From an uncultured Bordetella sp. (lineage in GTDB: Bacteria > Pseudomonadota > Gammaproteobacteria > Burkholderiales > JACQAP01), in contig CAYODB010000005.1 of assembly GCA_964402495.1 (NCBI GenBank), forward strand, positions 1 through 41,430: a stretch of 41,430 nucleotides of DNA. The letters are read 5' to 3'. Below are positions 34,410 through 41,430 of this stretch, one piece after another. Numbering within the stretch: position 1 is the stretch's first letter; every line of letters begins with the position of its first letter. The notes beneath the pieces were generated by a model. It ran no database searches, was not told the DNA's origin, and saw only the letters and a list, made by a program, of their open reading frames with translations. The position numbers were made by a program, and so were the translations under genes.

Positions 34410-36710
34410 TCAGGAGGCTGCCACCCTTGCCTCGTGTCCTGTCATCTTTCGCTGGGGGCGGAAGGCCTGAAATACAAACAGGGCGAAAGCGAAAACCCCG
34501 ACGCTGAATACGATGTCACCGGGTACGCGCGCCCATACCAATCCCTCCATGACGGCGCTGTGCATGAACTCCGCCGAGCGGGCATAAGCGTAGTAGTGCT
34601 TGACGCTGGCGTAGGTTTGCCAGAGGCCTTGCGGCAGCAACGACAGGAAGGTCATCATCGCCAGGCCCACGTTGAGCGTCCAGAAAGAAATCTTCAGGAG
34701 CTTGTCGTTCCACCGGCTCACGTCGGTAAGTCCCCGCAGGCAGTACAGCGTCAGCCCGATCCCCAGCATGCCATAGACGCCGAACAGCGCGGCATGGCCG
34801 TGATTCGCCGTGGTGTTGAGGCCTTGCATGTAATACAGGGCAATGGGCGCGTTGATCAGGAAGCCGAACAGGCCCGCGCCGACCAGGTTCCAGAACAGCA
34901 CAGCGGCGAAGAACATGAACGGCCAGTGGTACGACTTTTCCCAGCCGGCCTGCTTCTCTATCCGGGCATGGTTGTAGGCCTCGAACCCGACCACCATCAG
35001 CGGCACGACTTCCAGCGCCGAAAAGGTCGCGCCCAATGCCATCACCGCAACCGGCGTACCGGTCCAGTACAAGTGATGGAACGTGCCGAGGACGCCGCCG
35101 CCCAGGAAGATGATCGTGGCCAACAGCACCATGATGGTTGCCACCGACACCCGCAGCAGGCCCATGCGCACGAACACGGTGGAAATGATCGCGGTTGCGA
35201 AAACCTCGAACACGCCTTCCACCCAGAGATGCACCACCCACCAGCGCCAGTACTCCATGATCGCAATGTGGGTGTGCTGGCCCCACATCAGACCGGCACC
35301 GTACAGCAACCCGATCGATATCGTCGCCAGCGCGACCAGGAAGACCAGGGAACTGCTGCGCTTGTCCTTCAGCGCCGGCATCAATGCCCGGATCACCAGC
35401 GCCACCCACAGGAGCAGCCCGATGAACAGGTAGATCTGCCAGAAGCGGCCCAGGTCGACATACTCGTAGCCCTGGTGGCCGAACCAGAAATTCACCGTCA
35501 GGTCGGAAATGAAGCGATGCACCGCGCTCCACTGGCCAGCGAAGGAACCCACTACGATGAGCAGCAGGCTGAAGAACAGGAAGTTCACGCCGAGGCGCTG
35601 GAACTTCGGTTCGTAGCCGGAAAGCAGCGGTGCGAGGTACAGCCCGCTTGCCAGCCACGCGGTGGCAATCCATAGCACGGCGAGCTGGGTGTGCCAGGTG
35701 CGGGTTACCACGTACGGGAAATACTCTGCGAACGGCAACCCGTAAAGTCCCTGGCCCTCGACCGCGTAGTGCGCGGTGACGATGCCGAGCAGGACCTGCA
35801 CGGCGAACAACGCGGTGACCAGCCAAAAGTACTTGGCGGTGGCCCGCATGGACGGCGTGATCGTCGCGTGATCCATGATGTCGCTTTTCGCGACGCCGCT
35901 CTCAGGCGCCATGTCCGCGCGCCAGACGTCGTACTGCTTCGCGTAATACCAGACCAGCGCGCCAATGCCCGCGAGCAGCAGGATGATGGAAATCAGGCTC
36001 CAGATGAGGACGCTGGCGGTCGGCCTGTTGCCGACCAGCGGTTCGTGCGGCCAGTTGCTGGTATAGGAAATATCGTCGCCCGGACGGTCGGTCGCCGAAC
36101 TCCAGGCGGTCCAGAAGTAAAAGGCCGAGATCGCACTTGCCTCGCCGTCGTCGAGGACCGCATCCCGCGGGAACGCGTAGTCCCTGCGCAACTTCCGCGC
36201 CGCATCGTCGCTGCCCTGGTACAGGCGGGTGAAATGTCCGGTGACGCTGGCAATGGCACGCGCGCGGGCCTCGCTGACCGTCAGGACGCCGGTGGCCGGC
36301 TCGTAGGTGTTCTTGCGCATCTCCCGCCGCAGGGCCGCGCCATTGATCTCGAGTTGAATTTCCTTCGACAGACCCGGCACGACGGCGCCGCTTCCGAGTT
36401 CGGCCAGCAATGCCTGCGCCTCCCGGTGCAGCCAGTCTGCGCTCCAGTCCGGGGCAAGGTAGCCGCCATGGCCCCAGATCGAGCCCTGCTGCATGCCGCC
36501 GATGGACTGCCAGACGCCCTGGCCGCGCTCGATGTCCGCGCGCGTGAACAGCACTTCGCCGGCCGGTGTCTGGACGCTTTCCGGAATGGGCGGCGCAAGG
36601 CGATAGATTTCCTTGCCGTAGAAAAGGAGCACCCCGAACATGACGATCATGCTCAGCGCCAGAATCAGCCACAGTCTCCTGATGGTGAAAGTCGAGCGAT
36701 ACGTTTCCAT
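34410..36710 (-). CDS. norB: Quinol-dependent nitric oxide reductase, single-subunit (qNOR, NorZ/NorB)
   Basis: Track ORF of 766 aa with AAGAGGA upstream. It has an N-terminal helix plus a periplasmic extension, then a 12-helix haem-copper-oxidase-like core with conserved His. The length is typical of qNOR. Confidence 0.9.
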   Translation of the reverse strand: METYRSTFTIRRLWLILALSMIVMFGVLLFYGKEIYRLAPPIPESVQTPAGEVLFTRADIERGQGVWQSIGGMQQGSIWGHGGYLAPDWSADWLHREAQALLAELGSGAVVPGLSKEIQLEINGAALRREMRKNTYEPATGVLTVSEARARAIASVTGHFTRLYQGSDDAARKLRRDYAFPRDAVLDDGEASAISAFYFWTAWSSATDRPGDDISYTSNWPHEPLVGNRPTASVLIWSLISIILLLAGIGALVWYYAKQYDVWRADMAPESGVAKSDIMDHATITPSMRATAKYFWLVTALFAVQVLLGIVTAHYAVEGQGLYGLPFAEYFPYVVTRTWHTQLAVLWIATAWLASGLYLAPLLSGYEPKFQRLGVNFLFFSLLLIVVGSFAGQWSAVHRFISDLTVNFWFGHQGYEYVDLGRFWQIYLFIGLLLWVALVIRALMPALKDKRSSSLVFLVALATISIGLLYGAGLMWGQHTHIAIMEYWRWWVVHLWVEGVFEVFATAIISTVFVRMGLLRVSVATIMVLLATIIFLGGGVLGTFHHLYWTGTPVAVMALGATFSALEVVPLMVVGFEAYNHARIEKQAGWEKSYHWPFMFFAAVLFWNLVGAGLFGFLINAPIALYYMQGLNTTANHGHAALFGVYGMLGIGLTLYCLRGLTDVSRWNDKLLKISFWTLNVGLAMMTFLSLLPQGLWQTYASVKHYYAYARSAEFMHSAVMEGLVWARVPGDIVFSVGVFAFALFVFQAFRPQRKMTGHEARVAAS

Positions 36711-36832
36711 CGATCCTCTTTCCGCGTTTTGCGTTTTATTTCCGTCCCTGCATTGACTACTCCTCCCAGGGCGACCGACTTCAGCCTGTTGAGTATGCGC
36801 CCATCATTCTCCTTGTTGCGAACCAACGGTAC

Positions 36833-36846
36833 TTGATGCAGGTCAA
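36833..36846. promoter_or_regulatory. FNR/Dnr/NnrR-type box upstream of norB
   Basis: TTGATGCAGGTCAA (TTGAT-N4-GTCAA, one mismatch to TTGAT-N4-ATCAA) is centred about 130 nt upstream of the norB ATG. Confidence 0.5.
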
Positions 36847-36988
36847 TCCGGGTGAAGGGCGGCGGAGCCAGAGAGCGCTGGAGCCTTTGTTGCCAAGCAC
36901 AACCGCCTTGCTCGACAATTCCGGGATTGGCGCATGAGGGTCGGTGCGCCGCTCCCCGACTTCAATGCCGGACTGCAAAAACCCACCC

Positions 36989-37549
36989 ATGAGTGAGAAC
37001 ACGGCTCCAGGTACGCAAGCGCTGGTAGACGCCGTCTACCGTACGGAATCCCGCCGCGTCTTCGCCACCCTGATCCGCCTGCTCGGTGATTTCGATCTCG
37101 CGGAAGAAGCCCTGCACGACGCTTTCCGGGCAGCGCTCGAGTACGTCGAATGCGTGGCCGATGACGTCAAGCCCGGGAAGGTCACCTCGTTCCCTCAAGG
37201 CGTGAAGCTTAAGCGTGGCGAAGTAGTGGTGTTGTCCTGGATCGCCTACAAGTCGCGGGCGGATCGGGATCGAATCAACAAGAAGGTCATGAAGGACCCG
37301 CGCCTCGCGGACATGATGGATCCGAAGGCCATGCCATTCGACGCGAAGCGCATGGTTTATGATGGATTCAAGACGATCGTGGAAATGTGCCCTGCGGCAG
37401 GAAGCGATCGACTGGGTCAAGCGCTCGCCCAGTCCCTTTCCCGGCACGGAGTCCGCGTTCGGGTCCGGCAGATTTTAGAGGCTGACGATTTCGTCAGCGG
37501 AGTTCACGCCGAGTTTCCCGATCTTCAAGGAAGAAACCATGAGCACTAG
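36989..37549 (+). pseudogene. Mosaic ORF: ECF sigma factor N-terminus fused to DUF1428 C-terminal part plus a further fragment
   Basis: Within track ORF 36944..37549, MSENTAPGTQALVDAVYRTESRRVFATLIRLLGDFDLAEEALHDAFRAAL looks like sigma region 2 of an ECF factor. From EYVECVADDVKPGKVTSFPQGV...VVLSWIAYKSRADRDRINKKVMKDPRL...MPFDAKRMVYDGFKTIVEM it matches DUF1428. The tail ...RVRQILEADDF..EFPDLQ resembles a YciI-family C-terminus. Confidence 0.6.
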
Positions 37550-37925
37550 CAGCGGTCCCGGTTACAGCAAGAGCCCCAACCATCGCGTCGAGACCAGGCC
37601 CGCGGGCGTGCGCGTGCGGGTGACGTTCAATGGCGAAGTCATCGCCGATTCCCGCGATGCGATCAGGCTCGAGGAGAGCGGCTATCCGCCCGTGTACTAC
37701 GTGCCCCATCACGATGTGAAGATGGAGCGCTTCAAGCGCACCGGGCACACAACCTACTGCGCGTTCAAGGGCAACGCATCGTACTACTCGCTGTCGTCAG
37801 GCGAACGGACGGTGGAGAACGCCGTCTGGAGCTACGAACAGCCCTACGACGAAGTCAGCGTGATCCGGGATCGGCTCGCGTTCTACCCGGGCAAAGTCGA
37901 CCGCATCGAAACACTTCCGGTCTGA
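37539..37925 (+). CDS. DUF427 domain protein
   Basis: Track ORF of 128 aa with AGGAAG upstream. ...YPPVYYVPHHDVKME...TYCAFKGNASYYSL...NAVWSYEQPY... is the DUF427 signature. Confidence 0.82.
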   Translation: MSTSSGPGYSKSPNHRVETRPAGVRVRVTFNGEVIADSRDAIRLEESGYPPVYYVPHHDVKMERFKRTGHTTYCAFKGNASYYSLSSGERTVENAVWSYEQPYDEVSVIRDRLAFYPGKVDRIETLPV

Positions 37926-37947
37926 AGAGCGCTTCAAGGCAGGCATC

Positions 37948-38151
37948 GTGACAGAAGAATCTCCTATCAACACGGCCGCACCGGCACGCGCGGGACGCAG
38001 GGACTGGATCGGGTTGGGCGTGATAGCCCTGCCCTGCATGCTCTATGCTCCGGCGGGTGCCGGCGGGCGCGCACTAGCAGACCGGGCAGAGGTGGATTTT
38101 TCTTCCCCGCGCGGCCGAAGCTTCGCCATAATGTTGGCTCCATTCCCATAG
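37948..38151 (+). pseudogene. Possible N-terminal stub of an MFS (DHA2-like) exporter
   Basis: In the track ORF of 67 aa, the first about 33 residues, ...GRRDWIGLGVIALPCMLY, resemble the start of the first helix of drug-efflux MFS proteins. The rest is G/A/R-rich and non-membrane. Confidence 0.3.
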
Positions 38152-38161
38152 GAGGACGGCC

Positions 38162-38263
38162 ATGGCCAAAGGACAGCAGCGCACCAACAAGGAAAAGAAA
38201 AAGCCGAAGCAGGACAAGAAGCCGGCTGCGCCGGGAGCACCGGGTCGCGTGCCCGGCAAATAG
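38162..38263 (+). CDS. Small lysine-rich protein (33 aa)
   Basis: It is not in the ORF track because it is too short. AGGAGG lies 7 nt upstream of the ATG. Translation is MAKGQQRTNKEKKKPKQDKKPAAPGAPGRVPGK*. Similar MxKGQxxxNxExKKPK mini-proteins are annotated in many proteobacteria, as far as I recall. Confidence 0.5.
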   Translation: MAKGQQRTNKEKKKPKQDKKPAAPGAPGRVPGK

Positions 38264-38283
38264 CCGTAGCGGGCCGGACGGGC

Positions 38284-39072
38284 CTAGCTCTTGAGCCGGT
38301 AGCCCGTCCTGAAGATCAGGACCACCCCGCCCAGGCACAGCAGGAAAAACCCGAGGGTTGCCGCGAGGCTCACCTCCACGGCCACGTCCGACGTCCCGTA
38401 GAAGCTCCAGCGGAAGCCGCTGATCAGGTACACGATCGGATTGAACAGGCTGACCGTGCGCCATGCCGGCGGCAGCATGTCGATCGAGTAGAAGGCCCCG
38501 CCCAGGAAAGTCAGCGGGGTGATAACCAGCATCGGGATGAACTGCAGTTGCTCGAAGCCTTTCGCCCAGATGCCGATAATGAAGCCGAACAGGCTGAAGG
38601 TTGCCGCGGTCATCAGCAGGAAAGCGACCATCCACACCGGGTGCAGGATCTGGATCGGCACGAACAGGGATGCCGTCGCCAGGATGACCAGCCCCAGGAT
38701 CATCGACTTGGTCGCCGACGCCCCCACATAAGCCAGGACGATTTCCAGCGCCGACACCGGCGCCGACAGGACTTCGTAGATCGTGCCCGTGAACCTCGGC
38801 AGGTAAATGCCGAACGAGGCATTGTTCAGGCTTTCGGTGAACAGCGACAGCATGATCAGTCCCGGCACGATGAATGCGCCGTATGGCACGCCGCTGACTT
38901 CGCTCATCCGGGAGCCGATGGCGGCGCCGAACACGACGAAGTACAGGGAAGTGGTGATCACCGGCGTGACCAGGCTCTGCCACACGGTGCGCTTGAAGCG
39001 CGCCAGCTCGAAACGGTAGATCGAGAGGACGCCGTGGCGGTTGAAGGACGGAATCCTGGCTGCCGTGCTCAT
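38284..39072 (-). CDS. ABC-2 type transporter permease (YadH-like)
   Basis: Track ORF of 262 aa with 6 hydrophobic helices and an ATGA overlap with the upstream ATPase gene. Confidence 0.85.
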   Translation of the reverse strand: MSTAARIPSFNRHGVLSIYRFELARFKRTVWQSLVTPVITTSLYFVVFGAAIGSRMSEVSGVPYGAFIVPGLIMLSLFTESLNNASFGIYLPRFTGTIYEVLSAPVSALEIVLAYVGASATKSMILGLVILATASLFVPIQILHPVWMVAFLLMTAATFSLFGFIIGIWAKGFEQLQFIPMLVITPLTFLGGAFYSIDMLPPAWRTVSLFNPIVYLISGFRWSFYGTSDVAVEVSLAATLGFFLLCLGGVVLIFRTGYRLKS

Positions 39073-39995
39073 GTGCGTTCGTGTACCAGGCTGACGAAAA
39101 TATCCTCCAGCGAGCTTTGCCCGGTCTGCAGGTCCTTGAAGCCGATGCCGATCTCGCTCAGCCGGCGCAGCAGCGCGGGGATGCCGGTGCCCTCTTCGGT
39201 CGCATCGAAGTCATATTCCAGCACCGTACCCTCCGACTTCAGCGTAAGGCGCCAGTCTCCGAGTTCGGCGGGAATAGCCTTCATCGGTTCGAGCAGATGC
39301 AGGGTGAGCTGCTTCTTGCCGAGCTTTTTCATGAGCCGGGATTTCTCCTCGACCAGGATCAGCGTGCCCTTGCTGATGACGCCGATGCGATCGGCCATTT
39401 CCTCGGCTTCATCGATGTAATGGGTGGTCAGGATGATGGTCACGCCGCTTTCCCGCAGGCGCTGTACCAGTGCCCACATGTCGCGCCGCAGCTCCACATC
39501 CACGCCCGCCGTCGGTTCATCCAGGAACAGGATTTCCGGCTCGTGCGCCAGCGCCTTGGCGATCAGCACCCGCCGCTTCATGCCGCCGGACAGGGTCATG
39601 ATCTTGTCGTCGCGTTTTTCCCACAGCGACAGGTCGCGCAGCACCTTCTCCAGGTGTGCCGGGTTGCGCGAATGTCCGAACAGGCCGCGGCTGAAACTGA
39701 TCGTGTTCCATACCGTCTCGAACGTGTCGGTATGCAGTTCCTGCGGCACCAGGCCGATTTTCGAACGGGATGCACGGTAGTCGCGCACGATGTCGTGCCC
39801 GTCCACGAGCACCGTCCCCGTCGTCGGAGTAACGATTCCGCAGATGATGCTGATCAGCGTGGTCTTGCCGGCGCCGTTGGGCCCGAGCAGGGCGAAGATC
39901 TCGCCCTTGCGGATTTCGAGGTCGACCTTCTTCAGCGCCTCCAGGCCGGACGCATAGGTCTTGGTCAGGCCGGAGATGGAAATGACAGGGATCAT
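39069..39995 (-). CDS. ABC transporter ATP-binding protein (YadG-like)
   Basis: Track ORF 39069..40142. I place the start at ATG 39995 ([14 protein letters not shown]...). It has Walker [10 protein letters not shown], signature LSGGMKRR and Walker B ILFLDEP. Confidence 0.88.
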   Translation of the reverse strand: MIPVISISGLTKTYASGLEALKKVDLEIRKGEIFALLGPNGAGKTTLISIICGIVTPTTGTVLVDGHDIVRDYRASRSKIGLVPQELHTDTFETVWNTISFSRGLFGHSRNPAHLEKVLRDLSLWEKRDDKIMTLSGGMKRRVLIAKALAHEPEILFLDEPTAGVDVELRRDMWALVQRLRESGVTIILTTHYIDEAEEMADRIGVISKGTLILVEEKSRLMKKLGKKQLTLHLLEPMKAIPAELGDWRLTLKSEGTVLEYDFDATEEGTGIPALLRRLSEIGIGFKDLQTGQSSLEDIFVSLVHERT

Positions 39996-40256
39996 GGGAG
40001 CGGGATTATAAAAGGACGAGGTATCAGGCGCGAGCGGCACCGATGCGCTGGCCGCACCTTCCGGCCGGAAGAACCGGGAATTGATGTCGCTGCCGGTGCC
40101 CGTGGAAATCGTCTCGATGTTCATCATCCAATATTGATTCACAATCGCCTGAATTGGCGCCAGGAGTCCACTTTGCCATTCGCGCGTGAACGAAACAGAC
40201 GCAGGGACGTGAAAGGAGCGTGAAAAGGTCTGGGGGCCAGGGGCTGGCGAAAAGCA

Positions 40257-40389
40257 GGTAAAAGATGAAAGGCGAAAGCTTGGAGTTTTAAATCTGACAG
40301 TGTCCGTCAGGTCAAATCGCGACTACTAAAGGTCAACTACCTTGCGGTGCCTCCTTAAAACTCCAAGCTTTCGGCTTTCCCCTTTTACC
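40257..40389. repeat. Inverted-repeat cassette 10 (7-nt GNGAAAG units)
   Basis: Arm 40257-40291 is GGTAAAAGATGAAAGGCGAAAGCTTGGAGTTTTAA. The reverse complement of arm 40355-40389 is GGTAAAAGGGGAAAGCCGAAAGCTTGGAGTTTTAA (32/35). The spacer is 63 bp and contains the hairpin CTGAC-N7-GTCAG. Confidence 0.85.
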
Positions 40390-41430
40390 TTGGCGGGCCC
40401 GGCCTTTCCATTTTGCATCTCATCGGCGGCACATTGTCCTTTGCCGCAACGAGCAAATCCGTCTTCCAGCCGAAGCCCGTGTTCTCCGTGTCGTACTTCA
40501 CCCCTGGTTGACCTTTCCTGACGAAGCTGGTCACGTAGATCGGCGCCATGAGCTGGTGGTCCTCCGCGCGCATCCACGACTCTCCCGCAGGACCGTCGTA
40601 CCTCATCCCTTCCAGCGCGACTGCCACCTTGTAGGGATCGGTGCTCTGCGCCTGGTTGACCGCCTGGACGAACATGTCGATGGTTTGCCATACCGGAAGG
40701 AAGTCCATGTGGGCGATCGGCTTGTATTTCTGGCCGTAGGCCAGAATCTTTTTCTCCCACTCGGGATTCGCGTCATTGATGTGGAACGCCATGATGGTCT
40801 TGATCCGGTCGGCGCCAGAGGGGCCGATTGCGGCAGGCGTGCCCCACACATAGGAATGGGTCGTGTAGAACTCCGCATTCAGGCCGGACTGCTCGCTGGC
40901 CTTGATCAGCAGCACGAGGTCGTTGCCCCAGTTTCCGGTAAGCACGGTATCCGCGCCCGATGCCCGGATCTTGCTCACGTAGGGCGCGAAATCCTTGACC
41001 TTGCCCAGCGGAACCAGGTCGTCGCCAACGAACTGGATGTCGGGCCGCGTGCTGTTCAGGTATTCCCTTGCCGCGCGTTTGAAGGAATGCCCCCACGCAT
41101 AATCCTGATTGATCATGTAGACCTTTCTGACCGAAGGCCGTGAGGCCATGTGGTCGGTCAGGACCTTCACCTGCATGTCGCTGTGCGGTTCGAAGCGAAA
41201 ATGCCAGAAACTGCATTTGTTCTCGGTGAGCGACGGTTCGCGCGCGTCGTAGTTGAGAAACAGGACCGGCTTGTCCGGATTGCGTTCGTTGTACTTGGAA
41301 AGCGCATCGCTGATCGTGAGTGCGATGCTGGAGATTGTGGCGAGCACGTAGCGGATGTCCTGGTCGATGGCCTGGTTCAGGACAAGGAGGGTTTCCTGCG
41401 GCGTGCCCTTGTTGTCGAAGGGCACAATCT
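40385..41430 (-). CDS. Periplasmic ABC substrate-binding protein, LivK type (paralog 3, N-terminus beyond window end)
   Basis: Track ORF 40385..41425 begins at an internal Met, and the frame stays open to the window edge. It shares NEKCSFWHFRF, INQDYAWG, KDFAPYVSKIRASGAD, WMRAEDHQLM and CKMERP with the two paralogs at 14232-16923. Confidence 0.88.
   Translation of the reverse strand, partial: IVPFDNKGTPQETLLVLNQAIDQDIRYVLATISSIALTISDALSKYNERNPDKPVLFLNYDAREPSLTENKCSFWHFRFEPHSDMQVKVLTDHMASRPSVRKVYMINQDYAWGHSFKRAAREYLNSTRPDIQFVGDDLVPLGKVKDFAPYVSKIRASGADTVLTGNWGNDLVLLIKASEQSGLNAEFYTTHSYVWGTPAAIGPSGADRIKTIMAFHINDANPEWEKKILAYGQKYKPIAHMDFLPVWQTIDMFVQAVNQAQSTDPYKVAVALEGMRYDGPAGESWMRAEDHQLMAPIYVTSFVRKGQPGVKYDTENTGFGWKTDLLVAAKDNVPPMRCKMERPGPPR

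Noticed and set aside
36860-36900. A sigma54 (-24/-12) promoter for norB, as in NorR-regulated loci
   Set aside because: The closest match (AAGCAC...TTGC) lacks the GG and has the wrong spacing.
1596-40389. The cassettes as integron attC sites or classical REP/BIME elements
   Set aside because: No intI, attI or co-oriented cassette array is present. The arms flank both sides of the cargo instead of a single 3' attC. No RAYT/TnpA-REP gene is in the window. A REP-like mobilisation cannot be excluded without the whole genome, so this remains a test in the main finding rather than a call.
1596-40389. All ten cassettes have the purine-rich arm on the left of the plus strand, which at first looked like a replication-strand bias
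   Set aside because: An inverted repeat X...revcomp(X) reads purine-arm-first on both strands. The uniform orientation is therefore an intrinsic property, not evidence for strand or replichore bias. Only cargo and nested inserts are asymmetric, and there are too few to judge.

Overview
About 41.4 kb of high-GC (by eye roughly 60-65%) bacterial chromosome. The proteins look betaproteobacterial, but I cannot verify that here. I support about 40 protein-coding genes, mostly ordinary metabolism and transport: the 5' part of dnaE (missed by the ORF track), trhO, EamA and MFS transporters, metY, a HADH/hydrolase/aminopeptidase operon, three paralogous orphan LivK-type binding proteins, a Phd/Doc toxin-antitoxin pair, epoxide hydrolase and other alpha/beta hydrolases, an aminotransferase, an enolase-superfamily enzyme, a Tat-amidohydrolase, DUF1111/DUF1924 haem proteins, an FAD oxidase, quinol-type NO reductase and an ABC-2 exporter. 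Many long ORFs in the track are antisense shadows of these genes. The most unusual content is non-coding. Ten intergenic inverted-repeat cassettes (about one per 4 kb) have arms built from tandem 9-nt or 7-nt purine-rich units. Arm sequence differs between cassettes, but the two arms of each cassette co-vary. Two cassettes carry cargo: a low-GC GxxExxY PD-(D/E)XK gene, and a dinD-like gene plus a truncated DNA methyltransferase. Several cassettes overlap or supply the stop codon of the neighbouring gene. Other points are tandem small Cys-rich secreted paralogs ahead of the Tat-amidohydrolase, a tandem pair of unknown small proteins near norB, and a decayed stretch with a mosaic ORF stitched from gene fragments. 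All family calls come from motif recognition by eye; no database search or computation was run.
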